This document shows, piece by piece, positions 11,730 through 20,000 of a stretch of 20,000 bases of DNA. The notes below the pieces were generated by a model. The model searched no databases and was not told the DNA's origin. It worked only from the letters and a program-made list of their open reading frames with translations. This stretch comes from Catajapyx aquilonaris (taxonomy: Eukaryota), in contig KZ538348.1 of NCBI GenBank assembly GCA_000934665.2, positions 60,801-80,800 on the forward strand. The letters run 5' to 3'. Every line of letters starts with the position of its first letter. Within the stretch, counting starts at the first letter, position 1. The position numbers and the translations under genes were made by a program.

Positions 11730-11856
11730 GAGACTTTTCGCATTCTACGGTACGCTAACGTTAACGAATAAACTCGGCTCGGAATTGGCTAAACTTTGAA
11801 GCCACGAGCCAATTATTGCGAGTTGAATTTTTCCGTCGTTGAGGGCCAAAAGTCTC
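11730..11856. mobile_element. Short degenerate inverted-repeat element (possible MITE relic)
   Basis: GAGACTTTTCGCATTCTACG versus reverse-complemented right end GAGACTTTTGGCCCTCAACG. Inner AACTCG..AATTGGCT / AGCCAATT..CGAGTT. No TSD evident. Confidence 0.4.
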
Positions 11857-11966
11857 AAATATGTATGACTTTCGTAGGCTACCTATATCCCACATCTAAC
11901 TAGTTGATAAAGGATCGGTCCACAACATGTCCACCAATAACGATGTGATCTGACTTATGTTCAACC

Positions 11967-12199
11967 CAGGGTCACCTACATGAGTGCCTCCCCCACCTAG
12001 ACAGGGTATTGTCTCTCCGCCATATTGGAGCTCATTCACATAGGAGCTACATGCAGTGAAAAAAAAAAACAATTGAAAAAAACCAAAAACGAATCGCTTG
12101 CCAATTCCCTATCCTGCAGCATGGGGCGGCCATATTGGAGCTAGATTGCATAAGGACTACGTGAAGACGATACCCGAGACAACCATGTAGGGGACCCTG
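11967..12199. mobile_element. hAT-type MITE (233 bp) with 8-bp TSD
   Basis: TSD GTTCAACC at 11959-11966 and 12200-12207. TIRs CAGGGTCACCTACATG / CATGTAGGGGACCCTG match 15/16. Internal direct repeat GCCATATTGGAGCT at 12019-12032 and 12129-12142. An 8-bp TSD with short CAG-starting TIRs is typical of hAT. Confidence 0.88.
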
Positions 12200-12842
12200 G
12201 TTCAACCTGGTGTAGCCTAGATCTGCAAGAGGCCCGCTGGCTGCAATAAAGCCGAGAAAAGAGGTCCAGCAGGATCGTGTGATACGTGCACTGTACAGAC
12301 CAGATGTAATTCTAATCTTATTGATCGGTGTTATTAGAATTTCATGGCGATACCCAAGCAATATGGCGAATGGGCAGCAAGGAGGAGAATGGGAAATGAG
12401 CCTCCTTGAAAATATGATCTCGACGTCTGAAACCTTAAAAGCTTTCATATTATTAGATGCTTTTACAGTTCTACTTACCTCATTGCTAAATCCGCTTGTT
12501 AGCTACCCCTCCAGTCACGGTTTAACTCCTTGAGATATCATGCGTGCCACCAGCCTTCTTAAAAATCAAATATCAGTTTGTCAGCAGGTTTGCCGGATAT
12601 ATTTTATTGTAACGACCACGACCTTGGCAATGTTCCCAATAGAAGGGAGTTTTGTATTGGCACCAGTCACGTGGTAGGATGCAATACCTCTTCTTCCCAG
12701 AGTTCCGTCAGAAGGCTGGATTTGGCCTGGCTGTTAATTAAACACCTCTAGAACTTGGGCGAAAGACTTCCCGTCTCGTTGGTGCCGGGTGCGACTGCCG
12801 GTACGGCAGACTTTTGAGATGCGTTTACCGACATTCTGCGAG

Positions 12843-14781
12843 TAGTATACAGTAAAAATAGGGTATGAAGCAGGAAAAAATTGGTGCCTTCATGAAACTT
12901 TGGTTATAACTCCAATTGATAATGCAGTGCAAGAGTCCGAAGAGTCCCTAATGAATGGGGGGGTGAAAAGTGGGTTTTGGGGGTGGGAGAAGGGGGGATA
13001 GAGGGAAAAATCAGATCCGCCAAAGGATAAGTGTGGGATTTCCATTCATATGTTTTTTTGGCATGCACAAGCGAATGAAACTATAATCAAGAAGATAAAA
13101 CCAACCGTTGACGAGATAAAGCAAGTTTTAATCTTGAAAGTACAAGACAAATGAAGAAAAACAAGACGAATTAGAGAGCAAAATATAAATGTTCCTGAAT
13201 AATAATGTCATATGCAATCCTCGTTATCAGGAGGCGAATAACCATAATCTAGGTGTCCATCAATGTCCTACAGTAGCATAGCTGCACATTCTAATGAAGC
13301 CGGGATATCCGTACAGCTTTTCGAGCAGGCCCCTCCTTCACAAAATTTGCACAAAGCAGAACACTTCACACCGGTTTTCACACAGGATCATTGAGAACTA
13401 GATCAGTTTCCTTTGCAGGAACAAGATATCAACCTCAGGATGGCCTCAGGGGCAGGGTCAAGAGTTGTTCTGATTGGGTGCAGATCGTTGTCTTGACGAA
13501 GCCAACCCCACTGTTGTGGATCCAGTGTATTTCCTTGCCAAAGTTGCACTTGGTAGAATGCACGATATATGAATGTTGAGCGGCACTGGCTGATGTCAGA
13601 GGAAGTGTTTTCCAATTTGGCAACATTTTTGGTTACTGACATGAAGTAGTGCAGTTCATCAAGCGTTTTATGTTTCCCATCTTTGGAACCATAGAGGGAG
13701 AGGAAAGTAGTTTCTCCAGGGTTTCTAACTTCACTGTGGGTGGCTGTACTTTTCCGAAAAACATCAATGGTGTGACCCAATCCAGGTTCCGTTTCAAGCA
13801 GCTTCATAATGTTTTTCTTCCCTTTTCCATAAATGGCACTCGTTGTGTCACAACCACAACGAGTGCCATTTATGGAAAAGGGTGGGCACTAAAAAGAGTG
13901 GGCCAGGAGAATATGTTTTTTGATGTTCACATGTTGTTTCTGGAGGCTTGTAGAGGAAAACACTTTCTGCTTCGTACGACCGATCTTTGGTTTAAGCAAG
14001 AATCTTTCCTGATATAAGGGAGCCAAAGCAATCATAACACTAGATTGTCTGTATCTTGACTCACAATGGCACAGCTGTGTTTCTGAATGGTTGTCTGTAC
14101 AATCAGTAGGTCAGCATCCCCAGATGACTGTCTAACCTCAATGTTAGCGTCCCGAAATTTATTGCTGGCATAATGATCAACTGTTTCTTATTATCTGCAT
14201 TCATAAGAAATTTTTCTTGATTGGAGCAAATGGGAGTGGTATGTGTTATGTGAAACTTTGGTGTAAAATGTTTGTACCTGCGAAGCTGTTCACATCTCTT
14301 GATACTGTCAGGGTCATCGTATCCATCGAAAACAACTACTTGTGCTACTTGTGGCAGCTGCAAGTCACAGGTTTTTTGAAATTTCGGCTGCACGTTGGAC
14401 TTGCAGCAGGAAGGCAAAGTCTGTAAAGGTCGGTATAAGTAATGCGTGACAGGACAGGTCTGGGGTTGTGTTCCCTGGAAACAATTTAATGTAAACTTGT
14501 TTTGTCTCGTCAACTGTTGGTTTTATCGTCTTGATTATAGCTTCATTCGCGTGTGCATGCCAAAAAACATGTGAATGGACATCCCACACTTATACTTTGT
14601 CGGATCTAATTTTTCCCTACACCCCCCCCCCCAACCACTTTCCATCCCCCTCCCACCCCCATTCATTAGGGACGCTTCGGAATCTTCAACTACATTAACA
14701 GAGGGAGTAATAATCTAAGTTTCGTGGCGGTACCAATTTTTTCAATGTTGGGGCTATTTTAGATCAAATTTTACTGTACTA
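12843..14781 (-). mobile_element. Internally deleted Academ (AcademX)-like DNA transposon
   Basis: About 280-bp imperfect TIRs (about 12843-13130 and 14490-14781) beginning TAGTA(TA)CAGTAAAA. The interior carries a decayed XPG/PIN-like nuclease and a Cys-rich C-terminus, the domain set described for Academ proteins. No clean TSD found. Confidence 0.78.
13310..14350 (-). pseudogene. Disrupted C-terminal part of an Academ-like protein (XPG/FEN-like nuclease + Cys-rich zinc finger)
   Basis: Motifs across frames: VVFDGYDDPDSIKRCEQLRR; FLMNADNKKQLI; SSGDADLLIV; IVSQDTD; LAHSF(S)GCDTTSAIYGKGK; RAFYQVQLWQGNTLDPQQWGW; DPAPEAILRLISCSCKGN*SSSQ*SCVKTGVKCSALCKFCEGGAC. Frameshifts, stops and an insertion are present. 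The N-terminal transposase domain is missing. Confidence 0.85.
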
Positions 14782-14963
14782 GTTATTTCGACACTGCATT
14801 GGAAGAAACCCGTTCATCCACACCAGAGTGCTCCCAATATTTGCCACTTAAACCGATCAGTTGTGTGACGAAAGTAGTGCATATAGTCGGTTACACTTCA
14901 ATGAAGATGTTCACTGAAATCAGACCGTCCATATATACGTACACATGTTTTCTCTGCCTCGAT

Positions 14964-15087
14964 GCATAAGGCGGGTCCCATTCACCGCCTGATCTGAATG
15001 CGACCCACTCCGGATCACCCACCTAAATAACTGAGAGCGATTAGTGTTCGGCAAGATGAGGAGTTGTCATGCCTTCATTATCCTTCC
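14964..15087 (-). repeat. Old interspersed repeat, copy 2
   Basis: Reverse complement ACAACTCCTCATCTTGCCGA...TGATCCGGAGTGGGTCGCATTCAGATCAGGCGGTG matches ACAACTCCGCATCTCGTCGA...TGATCCGGATTGGGTGACATTCAGAAGGCGGTG at 10572-10651. Confidence 0.65.
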
Positions 15088-16040
15088 TTATAGGATCACC
15101 GGTGGTATACAGGTTCTAAATTTTTCCAGGGCTGTGGTTAGAAAGTAGTTGGGACCCCATGTATCATGTACATTTCCCTCACAAAATTTGTATAGTGGGA
15201 AACGTACATTTAATGCAATGCTATTTTCATTGGTACTGCACAGAGAATAAAGCACAATCATACACTGGTATGCATTATATATGTGCCTCATTGTGTAACG
15301 TTTCGTCATGTATTCTCTCTTTTGAGCCCAAATTGAATGAGGAATAATTCAAATAAACTTAAAAATTAGTTGAATGTTGAAAAACCTCGCGTAGCCTACA
15401 TTGCTTTTCCAAAGGTGTATGTAATTCACTCTCACACTTTAAAGTGAGACAGAGAGATCGAATGAAAACAAGTGTCCGCGAGATTTTTACCAATACGATT
15501 GTGAGCTAAATTCTGAAACATGCAGTACAGCCTAATTTTTATGGACATTCATAATAATTAGAGATAAACATTTAGGGTCTCCTTTGANCCGACATGCGAA
15601 ATACAAAGCTAGTAATGAGCCGAAAATAGCTACGCTGCTATTAAATAGCTGCTAAGTCTAGAGTAGCTGGCTATTTGAACTAATATTTACAAACCAGCTC
15701 GTTGGCGCGCGCACGTTGCCAGATGATGAATTCAATGTCGTGAGGGTTGCGGGCTATTCAGGATCACGTTAATAAGATCCTTGTAGCATACGCTCTACGG
15801 AGTCCTTCGCCGTTCCAGTTGATCAAAGAGCCGAGGTTACCACAACATTACATAACATTCAATCCTAACTGACATGAGATAAGAGTCATATTTTCCAACT
15901 CAATCTAAGATAACATCTGATTGATCTCAGAAACAAAAAACTAAGTAGGCCACGTTTGAAGTCAAATGTTGAAAGCACATATCTGATACTGTATTCTAAC
16001 ATACTCTAAGCAACGGCAATGCCTTTTTTTCTCATTACAG

Positions 16041-16453
16041 GTGGTATTTCCCACCGACCAACTTGTGATCACCCACATCCGGAAAAAGAAAATTCCAACT
16101 TAGCATAGTGCAGCGACAATCATCCTGCTGATCGCAAACCAATGCAGACTGTTCCATAAAAAGTGCGAAACGCGTGCGCACCCTAAGTTACTGACTGTAT
16201 GATCTGCGCCGGCCTATAAGAGTGGTGACCTGGACCAAGCTGGTGAATCAGTGCGAAGGGTAGAGGTGCTGAAGGCTGTGGGCATGGGGTGGGATTAAAG
16301 GGGAGACAGAGTGTGGATGACATGGTGATGATGGTGGCCCCCGGACTGGGGGCATGACAGGAAGGGGAGAAGAGGACGTGTGCTGCCGCCTCAGGTGCCG
16401 CCCAATCAGCGGCAGAGGCCTCAGTGGCAGGGCAATCCCAAGAAGCAGCTCCC
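16041..16453 (+). other. Predicted 5' UTR portion of the stardust-like first coding exon
   Basis: Strong acceptor CCTTTTTTTCTCATTACAG|G at 16022-16041. The GC-richer segment runs to the donor at 16554. An in-frame TGA at 16355-16357 precedes the first in-frame ATG at 16454. Confidence 0.55.
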
Positions 16454-16553
16454 ATGAGCCACCAAGACCACCAGCCTCCAGAAGCAATGGTGGATCTTGG
16501 CGGATACGTCATCATTCTGGTTGAAACCAAAGATAAGAAGATCAAGCTTTATG
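16454..16553 (+). CDS. sdt: First coding exon of a stardust/PALS1 (MPP5, MAGUK p55 family)-like long isoform; continues beyond the window
   Basis: ATG at 16454 (alternative ATG at 16487) gives MSHQDHQPPEAMVDLGGYVIILVETKDKKIKLY-G, ending at a consensus donor TATG|GTGAGT (phase 1). MVDLGGYVIILVE...KIKLYG matches my recollection of the N-terminal PDZ-like region of insect stardust isoforms (normally continuing GSPAD...). Identification is from memory, not from a search. Confidence 0.72.
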
Positions 16554-16596
16554 GTGAGTCGTGCTTTTGTTCTGGGCAGGGGTTTCTAGGTTAGCG

Positions 16597-16859
16597 TAAT
16601 TGAAGACCTCGGGGGAAGAACGATCAAGGTCCACCTCAGGTGAAACTGACATATTTCATTTTTAAATTTCGAGGTTCATAAGGTTCCATTGTAAATCCCA
16701 CTTTCAGGGCCTTCCACAGTGACCTATGAGCATTACTCCACAACCACGACCAAACCATCCTATTCTACACTAGTGAAAGTACTCGTATCTTCTGAGATAT
16801 GTAACCCATTTTTGACAAAAAGTGTACCTTGATCGTTCTTCCCCCGAGGTCTTCAATTA
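16597..16859. mobile_element. Young MITE with 34-bp perfect inverted repeat including AATT flanks (superfamily uncertain, possibly Sola1-like)
   Basis: TAATTGAAGACCTCGGGGGAAGAACGATCAAGGT (16597-16630) is the exact reverse complement of 16826-16859. An 11-bp tandem duplication TCTTCAATTAT lies at the right end. Confidence 0.9.
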
Positions 16860-17310
16860 TTCTTCAATTATTCGATATTATTTTTCGCCTGGGTTGCAAC
16901 CTTTTGCAACCATTAATAGTGGCATTCCGCGAGTTTAGTGTAGTTGATAATGGCAAGTTTGGTCACATATTCCGTCTAAGTAATTAATATTGTTACGGCT
17001 TATGGCAATCCGATACCCAAATGAATGAGGGCAAAATACCATATGATTACTACTATTAACACATCACATTGTTGTGTTTCATTTTGATCAATGATGGACA
17101 TGAATGGACTCAAAAACCAATTTCATATTTATTTGAAGTAACTTACATTGATTCTCTCAAGACCAGGGGGCCTTTATCCTTTTAAATGCAATATTCCATT
17201 TAAACAGAGCTTCCATATTCATATTATTGCAAAGGTAATGACTCATATTCCAAGGGAAGGATGAGCCATTTTGTGGTAGGCCTATCTATATATTATGAGC
17301 CTAAATCAGC

Positions 17311-17493
17311 GAAGGTTTTCGTGCTGTCAATATTTTTTAATCATTATGTGTGGTCGATGCAACTACAATATTGTCAAGTTGAAAGTTTATGATTATGATT
17401 ATGATTATGATTATTATTATGATTATGATTATTATTATTATGATGATGATTATGATGATGATGATTATTATTATTATTATGATTATTATTATA
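17311..17493 (+). mobile_element. 5'-truncated non-LTR retroposon (LINE/SINE 3' end) with microsatellite tail and 11-bp TSD
   Basis: CCTAAATCAGC occurs at 17300-17310 and 17494-17504, bracketing about 77 bp of unique sequence plus a (GATTAT)/(GAT)/(TAT) tail. Confidence 0.75.
17388..17492 (+). repeat. Compound (GATTAT)n/(GAT)n/(TAT)n microsatellite
   Basis: Read directly. It accounts for the YDYD- and MIMI-rich ORFs. Confidence 0.95.
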
Positions 17494-17604
17494 CCTAAAT
17501 CAGCTGCATGTAAGACATCGGTCTTCCAAGTTTCAGCACATTCGGTAGTCGGGAAGTGGGTTAGGGAGGTGGGACAAACATATGGACAAACTTTCCCGTT
17601 TATA

Positions 17605-17996
17605 CAGGCTAGTCACGAATTCGTCTGCCAAAATGATGCGAGTGGTAGCGAGTGAGCGGGAAAAAGCATGGTATGGGCCCGAAAGGCCGACAAGTACGTT
17701 GACGTCCACGATGTCCATCCTGACAAGTATGGATACCCCCGTGCATCCCTGCATCGCTGGTTGCCGGGGTCAGGCAATGTCGTAGCCGTGTAGGAGTGCG
17801 AGCGCCTGGAACCGGCAACCAGCAATGCAGGAATGTACGGGGATTTCCATACTTGTAAGGATGGACATCGTCGATGTCAAAGGTCGACATCTCCTAGACG
17901 TAGCGTCGACGGCCTTTCGGGCCCATGCCATGCCTTTACCATACGCACCCCCATACCACCCGTAACATTTTGGCAGACGAATTCGTGACCGCCCTG
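17605..17996. mobile_element. Palindromic (fold-back) MITE, Tc1/mariner-type ends, family A copy 2
   Basis: TA|CAGGCTAGTCACGAATTCGTCTGCCAAAATG ... CATTTTGGCAGACGAATTCGTGACCGCCCTG|TA. The arms are complementary through to a loop near 17777-17802. Homologous to 547-972 in the same orientation. Confidence 0.92.
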
Positions 17997-19703
17997 TACA
18001 TGTAAGATTCTAAGTAATGGCCGCAGTAACTGACACCATCATATAATATTGTTGAGTACGCCATATCTAGAGGGACTCTACGAATTGATGCGTAGTGTAG
18101 ATCATCAGGTTATTCGTCGTATTTTCAACAAAATAAAATTTTAAAACTCGTAAAAGGGGCCCATCCGAGCCAATGAGTAATTACAAATTCCATATTATTA
18201 AGCAGGCACTGCTCTAATACAAAACAGGAAAAAACGTTATAAATATTTCTTAATCTCTACGAAATACTGTAGAATGGGGAGGTAGAGAGGTGACCGTAAA
18301 TTTTCGTTTGATTCAAGAAGGCGCTTAGGCCCGAGGAATTATTTACACGCTTAACTCAATTTCGTAAAGTGGCAGATTTTAGTCCTTCTGCACTTTATGC
18401 AGTGAGCAAATGTGGAGCACTTGAACAAAAGTCAAGTGCATTTAAGTTACGCGTTGCATGTAGTAGCCACCTCATGGCGGAGATATATGCAAGTGTCCTA
18501 GGAAGGTATGATAAACTGTGATCCCATAATGAGCAATGCAATTTTCACATATAAATACCCTTGTATGTCTAAATCACTCGAGTGACTGGTCGTTCTGCTT
18601 TCAAATAACTTATTGTTCTGTTAGTTGGTATAAAATTTTCTAGTAGGCCTACTTTTGTGGAAACAATTTTTTTCTCCGTGTTGAAATGCCTTTTAACCAA
18701 AATGCCCAGCATGCTTTGGTCAATATAAACATAAACGATACCCTAAAAATAATTCTCTCACAATTACATTTTTACATATTTTTACCTCGTGAGTCAAAAC
18801 CCCGCCTGATGAGCCTCTCAGTTCAGATTCTGTAATATTCCCAAACTGTAATAAGCCACGCAGAGCGACCAAAATTACACAGGAAACATAGGTAAATGGT
18901 ATACGTAAAGTACAGAAGTACAGCGCCATATATTTTAGGAAACTCATATAGTATAGGGGAGAAATAAAAATGCGTTAGGCCTATTTGAGGCCTGGAGCTA
19001 TTTGGCACGAGGACCTTACGACAAGATCTTTTCGGCTTTTATTGTGCATTTCCCTTCCTGCAAAAAAAACTATTATGCCCCACTTCATTGCCGGAATGTC
19101 TCGGTGCATCTAAAACACAAGCCGTAAAAAATTGGGTTTTTTAAACAACTCGACAAAAACCCTTTTTAGCAAGGCGACAGAGGCGAAAATGGCCTACAAG
19201 ACACCGTAATATGACCATGAGCAAATGAGTTATGTATTATGCATTTAGAGAATTCATATGCCGGAATCTGAATAATGCATTCTGCGGAGCGAGTGGGTGG
19301 GGAAGAGAGGAGGAGGAGGAGGAAACACAAGGACATTGGGGACGTCCTGCACAGTAGCATTCACAGAGCAAATAGCGTTTGTGGGACAGGAAATATATAA
19401 TGATAGTTTCAGACAATTTATAAAACATTATTTGTGAGGATATGTCGATAATAAAATACAAAAACGATTTGCAAATAGTAAAATACACAGTTTTCATAAA
19501 TTATACACATGACCTGCAGTACACCTTGTATTAGTTGATACCTTATAATTAAATACATGCATACTTCTACTCATAATAAAAATGAATAAATAGGCCTACA
19601 TAATATATTACTTACATAATGTTTGCTTTCCGTTTGTCAGGAATTTTTTTGTCTCATGTAGGATTAATTTTCTGGTAAATAAATGCTGCAAATATTTACA
19701 CCA

Positions 19704-20000
19704 CTAGCGACGTTATTAAAATGCTCGCTTTGCGAGGCGGGGGGGCTCCGCCCCCCCACACCCCCCCTTGGGGCTGCGCCCCAATTGGCGCGCCTTCGAC
19801 TTCCTCCGACACTCCGCAAAAATTGGTCGGAGCGAGGTGGCAATGTGGCAAGGTGGCAAGGTGGCAATGTGGCAAGGTGGCAAGGTGGCAATGTGGCAGC
19901 ATCTATGTTCACAGGACTCCCGTGACGTCACCACTAAAGGTGCGACTAAAAGGCAACATGACGCAATAACAGATGACGTCGTGGAGGCGTTGAGTAGGGG
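19704..20000 (-). mobile_element. Probable Helitron-like element 3' end (may extend beyond the window)
   Basis: The minus strand ends CTCGC-AAA-GCGAG hairpin (19724-19736), 16 nt, CTAG|T (19704-19707). Adjacent GC hairpins GGGGGGGC-TCC-GCCCCCCC and TTGGGGC-TGC-GCCCCAA. Internal minisatellite and an abrupt GC shift. Confidence 0.55.
19836..19899 (+). repeat. 8-bp minisatellite (KGTGGCAA)x8 with 24-bp higher-order period
   Basis: Units start G,T,G,G,T,G,G,T (GGTGGCAA/TGTGGCAA); the last unit ends in AG. Confidence 0.93.

Noticed and set aside
11711..11730. CTGATGA-ACA-GAAAC hammerhead-like core
   Set aside because: No stem II and no complementary stem I or III with a UH cleavage site.
16183..16545. 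Minus-strand 120-aa and 79-aa ORFs
   Set aside because: Antisense shadows of the GC-rich + strand exon, which has the splice signals and the recognisable peptide.
17295..17655. YD-rich and MI-rich ORFs
   Set aside because: Explained by the compound microsatellite tail.
19836..19899. CRISPR-like array
   Set aside because: Contiguous 8-bp units without spacers, in a eukaryotic context with no cas genes.

Overview
Eukaryotic, AT-rich, repeat-dense DNA, most likely from an arthropod with a large genome, and largely intronic or 5'-flanking. Almost all ORFs in the supplied track are spurious. One short host coding exon on the + strand (acceptor at 16040/16041, donor at 16553/16554) encodes MSHQDHQPPEAMVDLGGYVIILVETKDKKIKLY(G). 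I recognise this from memory as the N-terminus of a long insect stardust/PALS1 (MPP5) isoform; this needs a BLAST check. The rest is mobile-element debris: an internally deleted Academ-like DNA transposon (about 280-bp TIRs, decayed XPG/PIN-like nuclease plus Cys-rich tail); four CAG(G/T)G-ended Tc1/mariner-type MITEs, two of them copies of one almost fully palindromic family; a hAT MITE with an 8-bp TSD; a young AATT-flanked MITE; three tRNA-derived SINE-like relics; a truncated retroposon with an 11-bp TSD and microsatellite tail; and a probable Helitron 3' end with an 8-bp minisatellite. I see no prokaryotic-type system (CRISPR, operon) and no convincing new biological system. The most notable observations are the uORF-laden stardust-like exon, co-varying arms in the palindromic MITE family, and a templated fold-back insertion in the Academ nuclease motif.
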